From Candidatus Shapirobacteria bacterium (GTDB taxonomy: Bacteria; Patescibacteriota; Microgenomatia; UBA12405), in contig JBAYIT010000001.1 in assembly GCA_041665485.1 (NCBI GenBank), positions 73,884 to 137,883 of the forward strand: 64,000 nucleotides of DNA, in the 5' to 3' direction. The notes beneath the pieces were generated by a model that made no database searches, was not told where the DNA came from, and was given only the letters and a program-made list of their open reading frames with translations. Below are positions 49,273 to 58,003 of this stretch, piece by piece. The stretch's first letter is position 1; the number at the start of each line of letters is the position of its first letter. The translations under genes and the position numbers were made by a program.

Positions 49273-49833
49273 TTATTCGCGGCAACAGTCAAGAACTTTA
49301 CCGATAACACCACTTATTTTGCCCATAAAGTCGGATTTTTTGTAAGTGATGGGTGTTTCTTTGGGATCCAATCCCTCTAAATCTCCCTTTGACCCGTCGG
49401 GTGCCCGGGCAAGCGAGGGAGACTTAATCATGCCCAAATTAATACCCCAAAAGAGATTGTAGAGGTCGTAGGACTTTTTGAAGTAATCATAGGCCTTGGC
49501 GTTATCCCCTTTTGTTTGATGTTTAGTACCAACTTCCATTAAGCGCATCGAGGCGGCCAGGAGGTGTTTACTAATGCACCATTCTTCACCACCATAGTCT
49601 TTGATAATTTCCTTAAGAAGGTCGACTCGCATGCGACGAATGTCATTGATTAGGTCGTAATATTTGTTGTCACCAGTTTTGCCACCGGAAAAAAATAAGT
49701 GTTCTTCAATAGAAATCAAATTCATAATACCAATGGAGAGGTCCTCCCCGGAAGATAGGTCAAGTTTTTGGCCGGCTTCGGCACTTTTAACTTTATCCAT
49801 GAATTGCTGAAGGTCGAGGGTTTTTGGTTTCAT
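49273..49833 (-). CDS. conserved hypothetical protein with C-terminal CC motif
   Basis: EDLSIGIMNLISIEEH, WCISKHLL, DCCRE. Confidence 0.75.
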   Translation of the reverse strand: MKPKTLDLQQFMDKVKSAEAGQKLDLSSGEDLSIGIMNLISIEEHLFFSGGKTGDNKYYDLINDIRRMRVDLLKEIIKDYGGEEWCISKHLLAASMRLMEVGTKHQTKGDNAKAYDYFKKSYDLYNLFWGINLGMIKSPSLARAPDGSKGDLEGLDPKETPITYKKSDFMGKISGVIGKVLDCCRE

Positions 49834-49869
49834 GGGAGAATTATATCAGCCGGGATTATAATTAAGGTA

Positions 49870-50250
49870 GTGAAGACAAACAGACAGATAACAGAGTTGA
49901 TGGTGGATGATGTTGGTCAGTCAGTTGATTTTTATAGTAAATTTTTGGGGTTTAAACTAAAAAATAGGGTAGAGGAAACTTGGGCGGAGGTAGAAAACGA
50001 AAGTGTTGTTATTCAGTTTTTAGCAAGAAAGGCATTTGAAAAAGAAGTAAATGAGTTTGGAGGAAGAGAGAAAGGAGGAACTTTTTTGTTGCTATTTGAA
50101 ATTGAAGAGGTGGAGGAAATATACAAGAAAATAATGAATCTGGTGGAAATTGTTGACAGGTTAAAAAAGACTGATTATGGAACGAAGGAGTTTAAATTTA
50201 AAGATAACAGTGGTTATATAATTCAATTAACAGAGAGAGTTAGAGATTAA
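49870..50250 (+). CDS. VOC/glyoxalase family protein
   Basis: L.V.DV..S..FY...LGF, YGTKEF..KD..GY; start taken at GTG. Confidence 0.85.
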   Translation: MKTNRQITELMVDDVGQSVDFYSKFLGFKLKNRVEETWAEVENESVVIQFLARKAFEKEVNEFGGREKGGTFLLLFEIEEVEEIYKKIMNLVEIVDRLKKTDYGTKEFKFKDNSGYIIQLTERVRD

Positions 50251-50255
50251 TAGCT

Positions 50256-51074
50256 ATGAAACAAATGGTGGTGAGAACAAAGATGGGTTTGGAGGAGATC
50301 GGGAAGACGAAGAATGATTTTGAGTATTGGTCGGCGAGGGAGTTGATGACAGTGCTGGGGTATATTGAATGGAGGAAATTTTGGGGTGTAGTGAAAAAAG
50401 CGAAGGTGGCTTGTAAAAATAGCGGATATGAGCCGAAAAACCATTTTGTCGGAGCCGCCAAAATGGTAGCAATTGGATCTGATACCATGAGGCGGTTAAG
50501 TGACTATTGGTTAACCCGTTATGCCTGTTATTTAATAGCCCAGAATGGGGATAGCCGGAAACCAGAGATTGCTTTTGCCCAAACTTATTTTGCGGTACAA
50601 ACAAGAAAACAGGAAATCAGGGAGGCGGATGAGAAACTGGTAAAAAGAATTGAAGCTAGAGAGAGGTTAAAAGAAACAGAAAGAAAAATTGAGGGAACGG
50701 TATATAAAAGAGGAATTCGAAGTTCGGCTGATTTTGCTAGCTTTAAAGATAAACATATTCGAGGTCTGTATGGAGGGATAGGGATTGCTAGTTTAAAAAA
50801 GAAAAGAAAGATTCCTAAAAATCGGGCCCTGGCAGACTTCGACAGCTTTTTGGAGTTAAGGGCGAAAGATTTTGCCCTAGCGATGACTGATCACAATATT
50901 AAAGACAAAAATTTGACTGGGAAGCCAAAACTAGAAAAAGAGGTTTATGAGAACAGCGTGGCAACTAGAAGAACAATGCTAAAACGTGGAATAATGCCGG
51001 AAAACTTAAAGCCGGAAAAAGATATCAAGGAGATTAAAAGCAGACTAGAGATTAAAGGCGAACTTGAAGGCTAG
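50256..51074 (+). CDS. dinD: DNA-damage-inducible protein D
   Basis: EYWSARELM..LGY, LTRYACYLIAQNGD..KPEIAFAQTYFA.QTR.QE. Confidence 0.9.
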   Translation: MKQMVVRTKMGLEEIGKTKNDFEYWSARELMTVLGYIEWRKFWGVVKKAKVACKNSGYEPKNHFVGAAKMVAIGSDTMRRLSDYWLTRYACYLIAQNGDSRKPEIAFAQTYFAVQTRKQEIREADEKLVKRIEARERLKETERKIEGTVYKRGIRSSADFASFKDKHIRGLYGGIGIASLKKKRKIPKNRALADFDSFLELRAKDFALAMTDHNIKDKNLTGKPKLEKEVYENSVATRRTMLKRGIMPENLKPEKDIKEIKSRLEIKGELEG

Positions 51075-51566
51075 GGTTAGCAAAAGAACAAGACTGACGG
51101 GGAAAACGACTTTGGCATAGGGAAAAGGAGCGTAGCCTAGCTTCTTTTTAGTGTTGAGATAGGTGATGTTGCCAATAAGCATGCCTAGGAAACCCAGGAC
51201 TTGGCCGAAAATAATTTTGTCAATGCCAAGCAGTTTATTAGCGGAGTGGCCAGTTTGGCCGGTGGTAATAAAATAAGCAAGGGTGGTTAGAAGTAAGATT
51301 AGAGAAAGAAATATGGGTTTGGAAAAAATTTCCAATTTCCAATTTCCAATTTCTAATTTATTCAGTTTGGGAGCCAGCCAGAAGGCGAGGGCGGTGTTGA
51401 GGGCGGAGATCCAGATACTAACTAGAAGATCGTCAATGCCGAGTTTTTTGGCAATTAACATTCCCCCACCGACAGTAACGATACATACGGGGCACTGCGC
51501 CCCTACGGGGGGCGCAAGAAATAAGAAATAAGAAATAAGAAATAAGAATGAAAACAAAAATATCAT
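51045..51566 (-). CDS. membrane protein with CPVC motif
   Basis: signal-like N-terminus, AQCPVC, GIDD, FPY.KV. Confidence 0.72.
   Translation of the reverse strand: MIFLFSFLFLISYFLFLAPPVGAQCPVCIVTVGGGMLIAKKLGIDDLLVSIWISALNTALAFWLAPKLNKLEIGNWKLEIFSKPIFLSLILLLTTLAYFITTGQTGHSANKLLGIDKIIFGQVLGFLGMLIGNITYLNTKKKLGYAPFPYAKVVFPVSLVLLLTLAFKFAFNL
51327..51359 (+). repeat. 7-nt tandem repeat in frame within the CPVC gene
   Basis: (aatttcc)x3 aatttct; second array (aagaaat)x4 at about 51516-51548. Confidence 0.75.
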
Positions 51567-51582
51567 AGAGTTATTGTAATAC

Positions 51583-51610
51583 ATGTTCCCGAAGGCGCCT
51601 TCGGGAACAT
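51583..51610. repeat. perfect 28-bp palindrome, possible terminator or stabilising hairpin
   Basis: atgttcccgaaggc|gccttcgggaacat, 4 nt after the stop of the Cys-rich peptide. Confidence 0.8.
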
Positions 51611-51614
51611 CTGG

Positions 51615-51698
51615 CTACTTACCGCATTTACATGCTTTACCTTTTTGGCAGTCGCAGGAACAACTGGAGTCACAGGAACAATTTTTGCTGTCGTCCAT
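51615..51698 (-). CDS. 27-aa metallothionein-like Cys-rich peptide (not in ORF track)
   Basis: MDDSKNCSCDSSCSCDCQKGKACKCGK: 7 Cys in CxC/CxCxC motifs; own promoter and operator upstream. Confidence 0.75.
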   Translation of the reverse strand: MDDSKNCSCDSSCSCDCQKGKACKCGK

Positions 51699-51717
51699 GG
51701 TTTGTTTAACTGATAAC

Positions 51718-51733
51718 TACTACGAGTGTAGTA
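51718..51733. promoter_or_regulatory. CopY/BlaI-type operator (cop-box-like)
   Basis: TACTACG-AG-TGTAGTA overlapping -10 TACACT; -35 TTGCAT 17 nt upstream on the minus strand. Confidence 0.75.
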
Positions 51734-52271
51734 CTTTATTTAAGATGATGCAAGAGGCAAACCAAAGGGAACCGAGAAGGTAACCACCAAGAATGTCGGT
51801 GGGGTAATGAACTCCGAGGTAGATACGGCTAAAACCAATAAGAAGAACAACAATCACAGCAAACATAAAAGAAATTAAACTTAAACGTCTGTTTTTGGTG
51901 AGACGGTAAATTAAAAAAACTAGGGTGAAATAAAAAACTAGAGAATTCATGGCGTGGCCGGAGGGGAAGCTGGTAGTGGATTCAAAAATTAGCGGAGAAA
52001 TATTGGGCCGAGGCCGGGCAATAAGTGATTTAAGCAGTAAGTTAATAGGGAGACTTAGGGAAGCAAATAAACCAAAGGAGAGAAGATGTTTGGCCCGTTT
52101 AAGCCGGACAACAAGGGCGAGAACTAAAAAGAGAGCAGAAAAAACATACTCGGAACCGAGATTGGTGACGAATAACATAAATTCTGTTAAAGCCGGGGTG
52201 CGAAAAGTGTAGATGAATTGGGAAATAACAAGATCAAAAGGAAGAATAAGATTAATAATATTGTTGACCAC
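51720..52271 (-). CDS. PAP2 family phosphatase
   Basis: K....RPRP, SFPSGH, SRIYLGVHYPTD. Confidence 0.92.
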   Translation of the reverse strand: MVNNIINLILPFDLVISQFIYTFRTPALTEFMLFVTNLGSEYVFSALFLVLALVVRLKRAKHLLSFGLFASLSLPINLLLKSLIARPRPNISPLIFESTTSFPSGHAMNSLVFYFTLVFLIYRLTKNRRLSLISFMFAVIVVLLIGFSRIYLGVHYPTDILGGYLLGSLWFASCIILNKVLHS

Positions 52272-52277
52272 AAACGA

Positions 52278-52787
52278 TTATAAGTTATCTTTAATCCATT
52301 TTTCGATTGGAATGGAAGGATTGATGGTTAAAAAAACTTCAGGAAAAATGGGTGGCTCTAACTCTTTTATGGTGGCTTTAAATAATTCATTACTAACATC
52401 AAAACGAATTTGGTGTTGACGATTGTGAAGCAATCTTTGGCGGGCGAGCGAGGGTGGAGTGTCGACAAAAATAGTAATGGCTTCTAAACCGAGATTGTCG
52501 ACAATGGCCCTGACTAATCCCCTTTCATAACGAGTAAAGTTACCAGCATCTTGAACGACTGACTGCCCGGAAAGTAGGGCATTTTTGACTTTCTGATACA
52601 TAGATTGATAAATTTGGTCCCATTCCGGCTCTGTGACTTTTTCGTCGGGTAAATCTGGCCCGACAATTTCGACCTTAACTTCATCAAGATCAACACGAAC
52701 AAAACCTTTTATTTGGGAAATGAGTTTTGAAATAGTGGTTTTACCAGAAAAAGAGATACCACACATTATGTAGAGTTTAGGAAGCAT
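52278..52787 (-). CDS. AAA_33-type P-loop kinase
   Basis: CGISFSGKTT, VVQDAGN, R...R. Confidence 0.8.
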   Translation of the reverse strand: MLPKLYIMCGISFSGKTTISKLISQIKGFVRVDLDEVKVEIVGPDLPDEKVTEPEWDQIYQSMYQKVKNALLSGQSVVQDAGNFTRYERGLVRAIVDNLGLEAITIFVDTPPSLARQRLLHNRQHQIRFDVSNELFKATIKELEPPIFPEVFLTINPSIPIEKWIKDNL

Positions 52788-52809
52788 AGTTTATTATACT
52801 TGACAACAG

Positions 52810-52851
52810 TGTTAGAAGGGTCTAACATATGAGTGTTAGAAGAATCTAACT
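52810..52851. promoter_or_regulatory. tandem operator palindromes for the XRE regulator
   Basis: TGTTAGA-aggg-TCTAACA and TGTTAGA-agaa-TCTAACT right before the ATG. Confidence 0.8.
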
Positions 52852-52852
52852 T

Positions 52853-53047
52853 ATGAAAACGAAAATTAAAGAGATGAGGACCAAACTTGGGCTGACCCAG
52901 GAGCAATTGGCCGACAAGACGGGAGTGAGGCGGGAAACGATAGTGTTTCTGGAGCAGGGAAAATATATCCCCTCTTTAAAGTTGGCACATGATGTAGCGA
53001 AAATATTAAAGACAAAAATTGATTATTTATTTATTTTTGAGGATTAA
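52853..53047 (+). CDS. XRE-family HTH regulator
   Basis: LTQEQLA...GVRRETI..LE.GKY.PSL.LA. Confidence 0.92.
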   Translation: MKTKIKEMRTKLGLTQEQLADKTGVRRETIVFLEQGKYIPSLKLAHDVAKILKTKIDYLFIFED

Positions 53048-53049
53048 AA

Positions 53050-53472
53050 ATGCTAGCAAAAACAGAATGGTTTAATAGTAGAAAGTTTGGCGGATGGGGA
53101 TTAACACCCAGAACTTGGCAGGGGTGGGTGTATGTGTTGGTTTTGACGGCACCGTTGGCCCTGATCCCCTATTTGCCCATTGAACAAAAATGGCAGACAC
53201 CGTTAATGTTGGGGTGGGGAGCAGTAGTAGTGATTGATGTTATGGGAATAATGTATCGAATTAAAAAAGATGAGCGGGAAGTGGCTCATGAGGCGCTGGC
53301 GGAGCGAAATGCGATGTGGTTTATGGTGACGGCACTGGGAATTGGAGTGGCCTATCAGGCAATGATGAGCGCTACGGCCGGGACAAACCAGGTGGACCCA
53401 GTAATAATTATTGCCCTAGCGGGATCAACGATAGTCAAGGCCACTAGCCATTGGTGGTTGAGGGATAAATAA
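53050..53472 (+). CDS. membrane protein (DUF2178-like)
   Basis: GWG..P.TWQGW, KDERE; typical XRE partner. Confidence 0.7.
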   Translation: MLAKTEWFNSRKFGGWGLTPRTWQGWVYVLVLTAPLALIPYLPIEQKWQTPLMLGWGAVVVIDVMGIMYRIKKDEREVAHEALAERNAMWFMVTALGIGVAYQAMMSATAGTNQVDPVIIIALAGSTIVKATSHWWLRDK

Positions 53473-53475
53473 AAA

Positions 53476-54630
53476 ATGACAGATTGGAAGAAAAACGTAC
53501 TGGTCTATAAGATTGATTCGTTCTTAAATTGGTTCTATGTGCCGATTGGAGTCTGGGTGCTGATTTGGAATCATTTTTTTAGCTTTAGCCAAATATCGTT
53601 ATCGATGGGAATAAGTTTGTTGGCGGGGGTGGCTTGCGAACTACCATCGGGGGCATTGGCAGACATGATTGGACGGAAAAGGACGGTAATGCTAGGGAGA
53701 TTAATTTTGTTTCTGGGGTATGTATGGTTATTTTTCAGGCACGATTTTGTTGGTTTTTTAGTCTGGCAAATTGCTTACCAAATTGATGGAGCCTTTACAT
53801 CTGGGGCTAATTCGGCTCTACTTTACGACTCACTTAAGGAAAACGGACAAGTGGAGAAACATTACAAAAAAGTTGAGGCGGACACTTTTATGTACAACAC
53901 TATCGGCATGGCAGTGGGAGGAATCTTTGGGGGATTATTGTACGAAATTACCCCAATGGGGCCATATAATTTTATGATTTTAGTAACAGGGCTGGGGTTG
54001 TTGGCCTCGTGTTTTTACCAAGAGCCAGCAATGGAAAAAATTGGGTGGAGCGTTAAATCTTATTTAAAGCAAAATTATGATGGTTTTATGCACATTTTTA
54101 GCAATGAAAAGATTAAAGCAGTGTCGCTGTTTTCAATTGCAGTGAGTGTGGTGACATATACCGGACTTTGGTATCTGTATGAACCGAGGCTGACGGCGGG
54201 AGGGTTTGACCCAAAAATTTTGGCAATACTAATTTCTGGAACGTACGCCATCAGAGCGGTGGGGACAAGATTTAACCCAACTCCTTTAGTAATGGCGATT
54301 TCTCAAACCGTGGGAACAGCATTATCGTTTGCTGGGGGGAAATTTGGAGCAGTGAGTTCGGTTTATCTCAGAAAATTTGTAGATGGTTGCCGACAACCGA
54401 GTTTAATTGCCTGGCAAAATGATCAAATAGAATCGAAATACCGAGCGACGTCATTGTCGGCGATATCTTTGCTAACAAATTTAATAGTCGGAGGGGTGGG
54501 GCCATTATTAGGAGTGGGAATTGATAGGTTCGGAGCGGAAACTACTTTGGGGATATGGACTATTTTTGGGGTAGTAGTGGTAATACCGTTGGGGTGGAGG
54601 TTGGGAGTTATAATGAAAAATAAGACATGA
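53476..54630 (+). CDS. MFS transporter
   Basis: ELPSGALAD.IGRK, ALLYDSLKE, YRATSLS. Confidence 0.88.
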   Translation: MTDWKKNVLVYKIDSFLNWFYVPIGVWVLIWNHFFSFSQISLSMGISLLAGVACELPSGALADMIGRKRTVMLGRLILFLGYVWLFFRHDFVGFLVWQIAYQIDGAFTSGANSALLYDSLKENGQVEKHYKKVEADTFMYNTIGMAVGGIFGGLLYEITPMGPYNFMILVTGLGLLASCFYQEPAMEKIGWSVKSYLKQNYDGFMHIFSNEKIKAVSLFSIAVSVVTYTGLWYLYEPRLTAGGFDPKILAILISGTYAIRAVGTRFNPTPLVMAISQTVGTALSFAGGKFGAVSSVYLRKFVDGCRQPSLIAWQNDQIESKYRATSLSAISLLTNLIVGGVGPLLGVGIDRFGAETTLGIWTIFGVVVVIPLGWRLGVIMKNKT

Positions 54631-54788
54631 AAAGTAAAAAGATTAGACCAACTAAAAAGTACTCCTTTCGAGATTTGGGAACAAAATGGGTGATAAAAAA
54701 TGGCCCAACTGAAGGATCAATTAATCATGATAGAGACATGTACGAATTTGAGGAAAATAAAATAAAGAAGCAATTAAAAAAGTCTTGA
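54627..54788 (+). CDS. 53-aa small protein, antitoxin-tail-like (not in ORF track)
   Basis: ATGA overlap with the MFS stop; GPTEGSINHDRDMY. Confidence 0.35.
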   Translation: MKSKKIRPTKKYSFRDLGTKWVIKNGPTEGSINHDRDMYEFEENKIKKQLKKS

Positions 54789-54834
54789 CTTTTGATAGCG
54801 ATTTTGAGAAGGCGGGATTTGAGATAATTAATGG

Positions 54835-55893
54835 CTAAATAGCCTCGAGGGTGCCGGAGACCATGCCCATCCAACAGGAGAAGTTGTAGACGCCTGGTTT
54901 GGTGACAGAGAACTCGCGAACAGAAGTGGTGCCGGGGACTAAATTGACGGGGCCGTCGAACAGTTGGCGGGCAATAACGGCGTTGGTGCAACCGCCGGTG
55001 CCAGTGTCAGTAATTTCCCAACGAACGGGAACATTGGCGCGGACTTTAAGACGAGAGGGAGAGTAGCCACGGGAAGAGGCGGACATTTTGAGGACTTGGA
55101 CGCCGTTGACGATGGGGGGTAAACCTTTGTTAGATCCTAGATTTTGGATGTTAGATCCTAGATTAATTTGTGGAGAAAAACCGAGGACTTTTAGTTGAGA
55201 AGAGAGATTAAAAAAGGCAAAGGCAATGACCAAAAGCCCGACAACTTGGGAGACAGAAGGCTTGGAGCTAAACTTTGAGCCTGAATAGCCGATGAGAAAA
55301 AGCGGAATAGCCGTGCCTAGGGCAAAAAAGCCCATAATTAGGGCGCCGGTAACAAAAGAGCCGGAGGCGAGGGCGAGAGATTGAGAAGTGAGAGTAAAAC
55401 CGCAAGGAAGAAAAAATGTTAGAGCGCCGATAAGAAAACTATTTTTGGTTAGTGATTGAGGAGAAAAAGACAAGCGGATAACTCTTAGACCAAGAATTTG
55501 GAGACCAAAAAGAATCATGGCAAGAGATACGATAATAGTTAGGATTGAACCAAGAGTAAAAGAAAGTCGGATAGACTGGCCAAGAAAACCCAGAAGACCG
55601 CCAAGAAGAAAAAAAGAAGTGAGCCTTCCGGTGTTAAATGAAAAACGATGGTGAGAAAGAGAAAGGGCAATGCCGCCAATTAGTCCGGCGCAAGTGGAAA
55701 AGCCAGCTAAGAGACCAAAGGGAAAGAAGGCTAGGGGGAGAGAATCTGGGGTGACACTAAAAAGAGAAAACAAGCTTGTTTGACTTAAAAAATAAACGGT
55801 AGTTAGAATTATTCCAACAATAATAAAAGAATTTATTAGATTGGCTGGTTTGGAGGGAGTATTTGAATGACAACAATCGCCTTGTGAAGACAT
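54835..55893 (-). CDS. DsbD_2/TauE-like membrane protein with C-terminal cupredoxin domain
   Basis: N-terminal CCH, STC...GG, F..GR, FFLPCGFT, F.LGT.P, GC, FSCWMGM. Confidence 0.82.
   Translation of the reverse strand: MSSQGDCCHSNTPSKPANLINSFIIVGIILTTVYFLSQTSLFSLFSVTPDSLPLAFFPFGLLAGFSTCAGLIGGIALSLSHHRFSFNTGRLTSFFLLGGLLGFLGQSIRLSFTLGSILTIIVSLAMILFGLQILGLRVIRLSFSPQSLTKNSFLIGALTFFLPCGFTLTSQSLALASGSFVTGALIMGFFALGTAIPLFLIGYSGSKFSSKPSVSQVVGLLVIAFAFFNLSSQLKVLGFSPQINLGSNIQNLGSNKGLPPIVNGVQVLKMSASSRGYSPSRLKVRANVPVRWEITDTGTGGCTNAVIARQLFDGPVNLVPGTTSVREFSVTKPGVYNFSCWMGMVSGTLEAI
55131..55164 (+). repeat. 7-nt tandem repeat in frame (NLGSNIQNLGSN linker)
   Basis: tagatcc tagattt tggatgt tagatcc. Confidence 0.7.
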
Positions 55894-55908
55894 ACTACAA
55901 GTGTAGTA
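55893..55908. promoter_or_regulatory. CopY/BlaI-type operator (cop box TACAnnTGTA)
   Basis: perfect TACTACA-AG-TGTAGTA over -10 TACACT; TTGACA at 55922-55927 on the minus strand. Confidence 0.82.
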
Positions 55909-55923
55909 CTTAAGAAGGATTTG

Positions 55924-56217
55924 TCAAGTGAAGTTTATTTCCAATTTGGTATTAGTAGCCTTGGCGATACGTTCCAACATAGAAAAGTTAGGTTTTGAAT
56001 TGCCCGATTCCAGCCGTGAGATGGCTGGCTGTTGAGAACCGATTTTTTTAGCCAATTGAAGTTGACTTAGTTGATGTTTTAGCCTCAATTCAATAAGTTT
56101 TTGGGTGAGTTGAAATTGAAGATCGAGACAACTAGAGGCCCGTTTAAAAGCCTTGTCTTGGGATAATTTTTTGTCAAGTTGGGTGAGAGTGGTTAATTTA
56201 TTGATATTTCTAGCCAT
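55924..56217 (-). CDS. HigA-like HTH antitoxin
   Basis: LSQ.QLA...G..QP.ISRLESG...P. Confidence 0.85.
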   Translation of the reverse strand: MARNINKLTTLTQLDKKLSQDKAFKRASSCLDLQFQLTQKLIELRLKHQLSQLQLAKKIGSQQPAISRLESGNSKPNFSMLERIAKATNTKLEINFT

Positions 56218-56242
56218 GGGTAAATATAACATTTTTGGTATA

Positions 56243-56584
56243 TTATGTAAACTCCTTGGTGCGCTTGATGGCTAAATCCAACTCAGATCGGGGAGTTTTT
56301 TGACTTTTTTTGACAAAAACATTGGTAATCAAATAACGAGACTTGATAATTGAGAAAAATAATCTGAAATTAAACTTACCAACAATACGTAGTTCGTAAA
56401 TGGCTGGGTTAGCATAAATTTTTTTAACCCATTTGGTTTGCAGTAGTTGTAATTCATAAATATTTAGCAATTTAAGGCCGTTTCGAACTTTAACCTGATC
56501 TTGAGTGCCTAATTTCTCTATTTGATTAACGATAATTTCTTTACCGGAAACTGATTTATAAAAGACGATTTTGTCGTAGGACAT
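56243..56584 (-). CDS. RelE/HigB (Gp49-like) toxin
   Basis: IYELR, R.FF, FVKKSQKTP..E...A..R. Confidence 0.85.
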   Translation of the reverse strand: MSYDKIVFYKSVSGKEIIVNQIEKLGTQDQVKVRNGLKLLNIYELQLLQTKWVKKIYANPAIYELRIVGKFNFRLFFSIIKSRYLITNVFVKKSQKTPRSELDLAIKRTKEFT

Positions 56585-56636
56585 AATTTAATATACCGAA
56601 TAAAAGGCGAAGTGGCAATAATGATAAAATTGGATT

Positions 56637-57367
56637 ATGAAGAAAATGGAGAAAGTGAAAAAGATTTTGGAGAAGACGGGAAAATATTGGATTGGATTTG
56701 TGGGAGATTCGATAACCAGTTGCGAATGGGTGCATCCAAACTGGCGAGAGATTGTGGAGTATGTGCTGAAAGAAGAATTACAACCGAAGTTTGCTGATTG
56801 GCGGGTTCCCTCCTGGGGAATTAGATGTTTTAATTATGGGTTTGACGGAGCAACAACTGGAGATATATTAAAACTAATTTCCAATTACCAATTACCAATT
56901 TCCAACCTCAACCTAGTGATTAGTTTAATGGGAGGAAATGACAGATTGTTTGGAATAAAACCGGAAGAATCAAAAAAAATATTGAGAAAATAATTAAAAA
57001 ACTTGATGAGAGTGGTGTTGAAGTGGTGTGGTGTACTTCAATTCCGGCTTATTATCGGGCAGACAAAAACAAAGAATACGAGCCTTATGCTAAGGCAACT
57101 ATGGCAATTGAAAAATCAATGGGTGTTCAGATAATTAATATGTTTGAAAAATACAAACAATTTGACCTAGATCGTTTTTTTACGTTTAAATCGGAGGAAA
57201 ACCCAGAAGAGAGAGTAAAGGAGGGAGATTTAGATTTTTGGCATCCGAATCAGCTGGGAAATGCTTATATTGCCAAAATAATTTTGGGAGAAGTGTTTGG
57301 GGTGGAATTTGACCCGGAAAAATATATTAAAGAAAATTTGGCAGGAGAAAAATATCCGGGGTATTAA
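56637..57367 (+). pseudogene. SGNH/GDSL hydrolase split by a frameshift in an A8 tract
   Basis: GDSIT, N.G, GGND then D..HPN; one more A at 56972-56979 joins the frames. Confidence 0.8.
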
Positions 57368-57720
57368 AGCTTGATGCCGGCTTGAGCGGCAGATTTTTTG
57401 AAAGAAGTGATGGCAAGTTCGCCATAGGCACAAAAAATACGTTCGAAAAGATCATCAAGAGCGGAAGCGGCGAAGTCTTCTTTGGAAAAAGACGGGCTGT
57501 AGGTGTAGGTGTTGCCCTGCATTATCCGTTTGACTATTTTTTTATCGGCCATACGTTTAAGGACAGTCATGATGGTGGTGTAGGCGTGTTTGCCTTCAAT
57601 TTTTTTTAAAACTTCGGCGGGTTTAAGGGCGGTTTTACTTTCCCAAAGAACTTCCATTATTTTTTGTTCAAGACCGCCTAAAAGCTGGCATTTACCGTTG
57701 CAGTGACATTCGCAGTTCAT
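57364..57720 (-). CDS. BlaI/MecI/CopY-family repressor with Cys-rich N-terminus
   Basis: LG.LE..IM.VLW, AYTTIMTVL.R...K, Y.Y.P; MNCECHCNGKC. Confidence 0.9.
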   Translation of the reverse strand: MNCECHCNGKCQLLGGLEQKIMEVLWESKTALKPAEVLKKIEGKHAYTTIMTVLKRMADKKIVKRIMQGNTYTYSPSFSKEDFAASALDDLFERIFCAYGELAITSFKKSAAQAGIKL

Positions 57721-57723
57721 AAG

Positions 57724-57739
57724 TACTACTATTGTAGCA
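57724..57739. promoter_or_regulatory. autoregulatory CopY/BlaI-type operator
   Basis: TACTACT-AT-TGTAGCA overlapping extended -10 TGcTACAAT on the minus strand. Confidence 0.68.
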
Positions 57740-58003
57740 TTAATAGACTTCTTCGTGTTTGCCGAAATTTAAGAGCAAAATTCCGTCGGGAACATAAGTG
57801 AAAGTTAAGCGGAGACTACGGTTGAGGCTAATGCTCCAAACGTCACCGTTTTTACCAGACAACTTATGGAGACGAAGAGAATTGGTGTTGGGATTGTCTG
57901 TAAGATCATCGAGAGACTGGCGGATTTTGGCGGCTAATTTAGGTTGAGAACGACGAGATTTGTGAAGCTTTTTTAGGAAAATAGGAGTGAAGTAAAGTTT
58001 CAT
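57740..58003 (-). CDS. RelE/YafQ-like toxin
   Basis: FLKK, NP...SLRLHKLSG, WSIS.....R..F, G.HEEVY. Confidence 0.85.
   Translation of the reverse strand: MKLYFTPIFLKKLHKSRRSQPKLAAKIRQSLDDLTDNPNTNSLRLHKLSGKNGDVWSISLNRSLRLTFTYVPDGILLLNFGKHEEVY

Noticed and set aside
51583-51783. 66-aa plus-strand ORF
   Set aside because: Antisense to the Cys-rich peptide and PAP2, which have better motif and promoter support.
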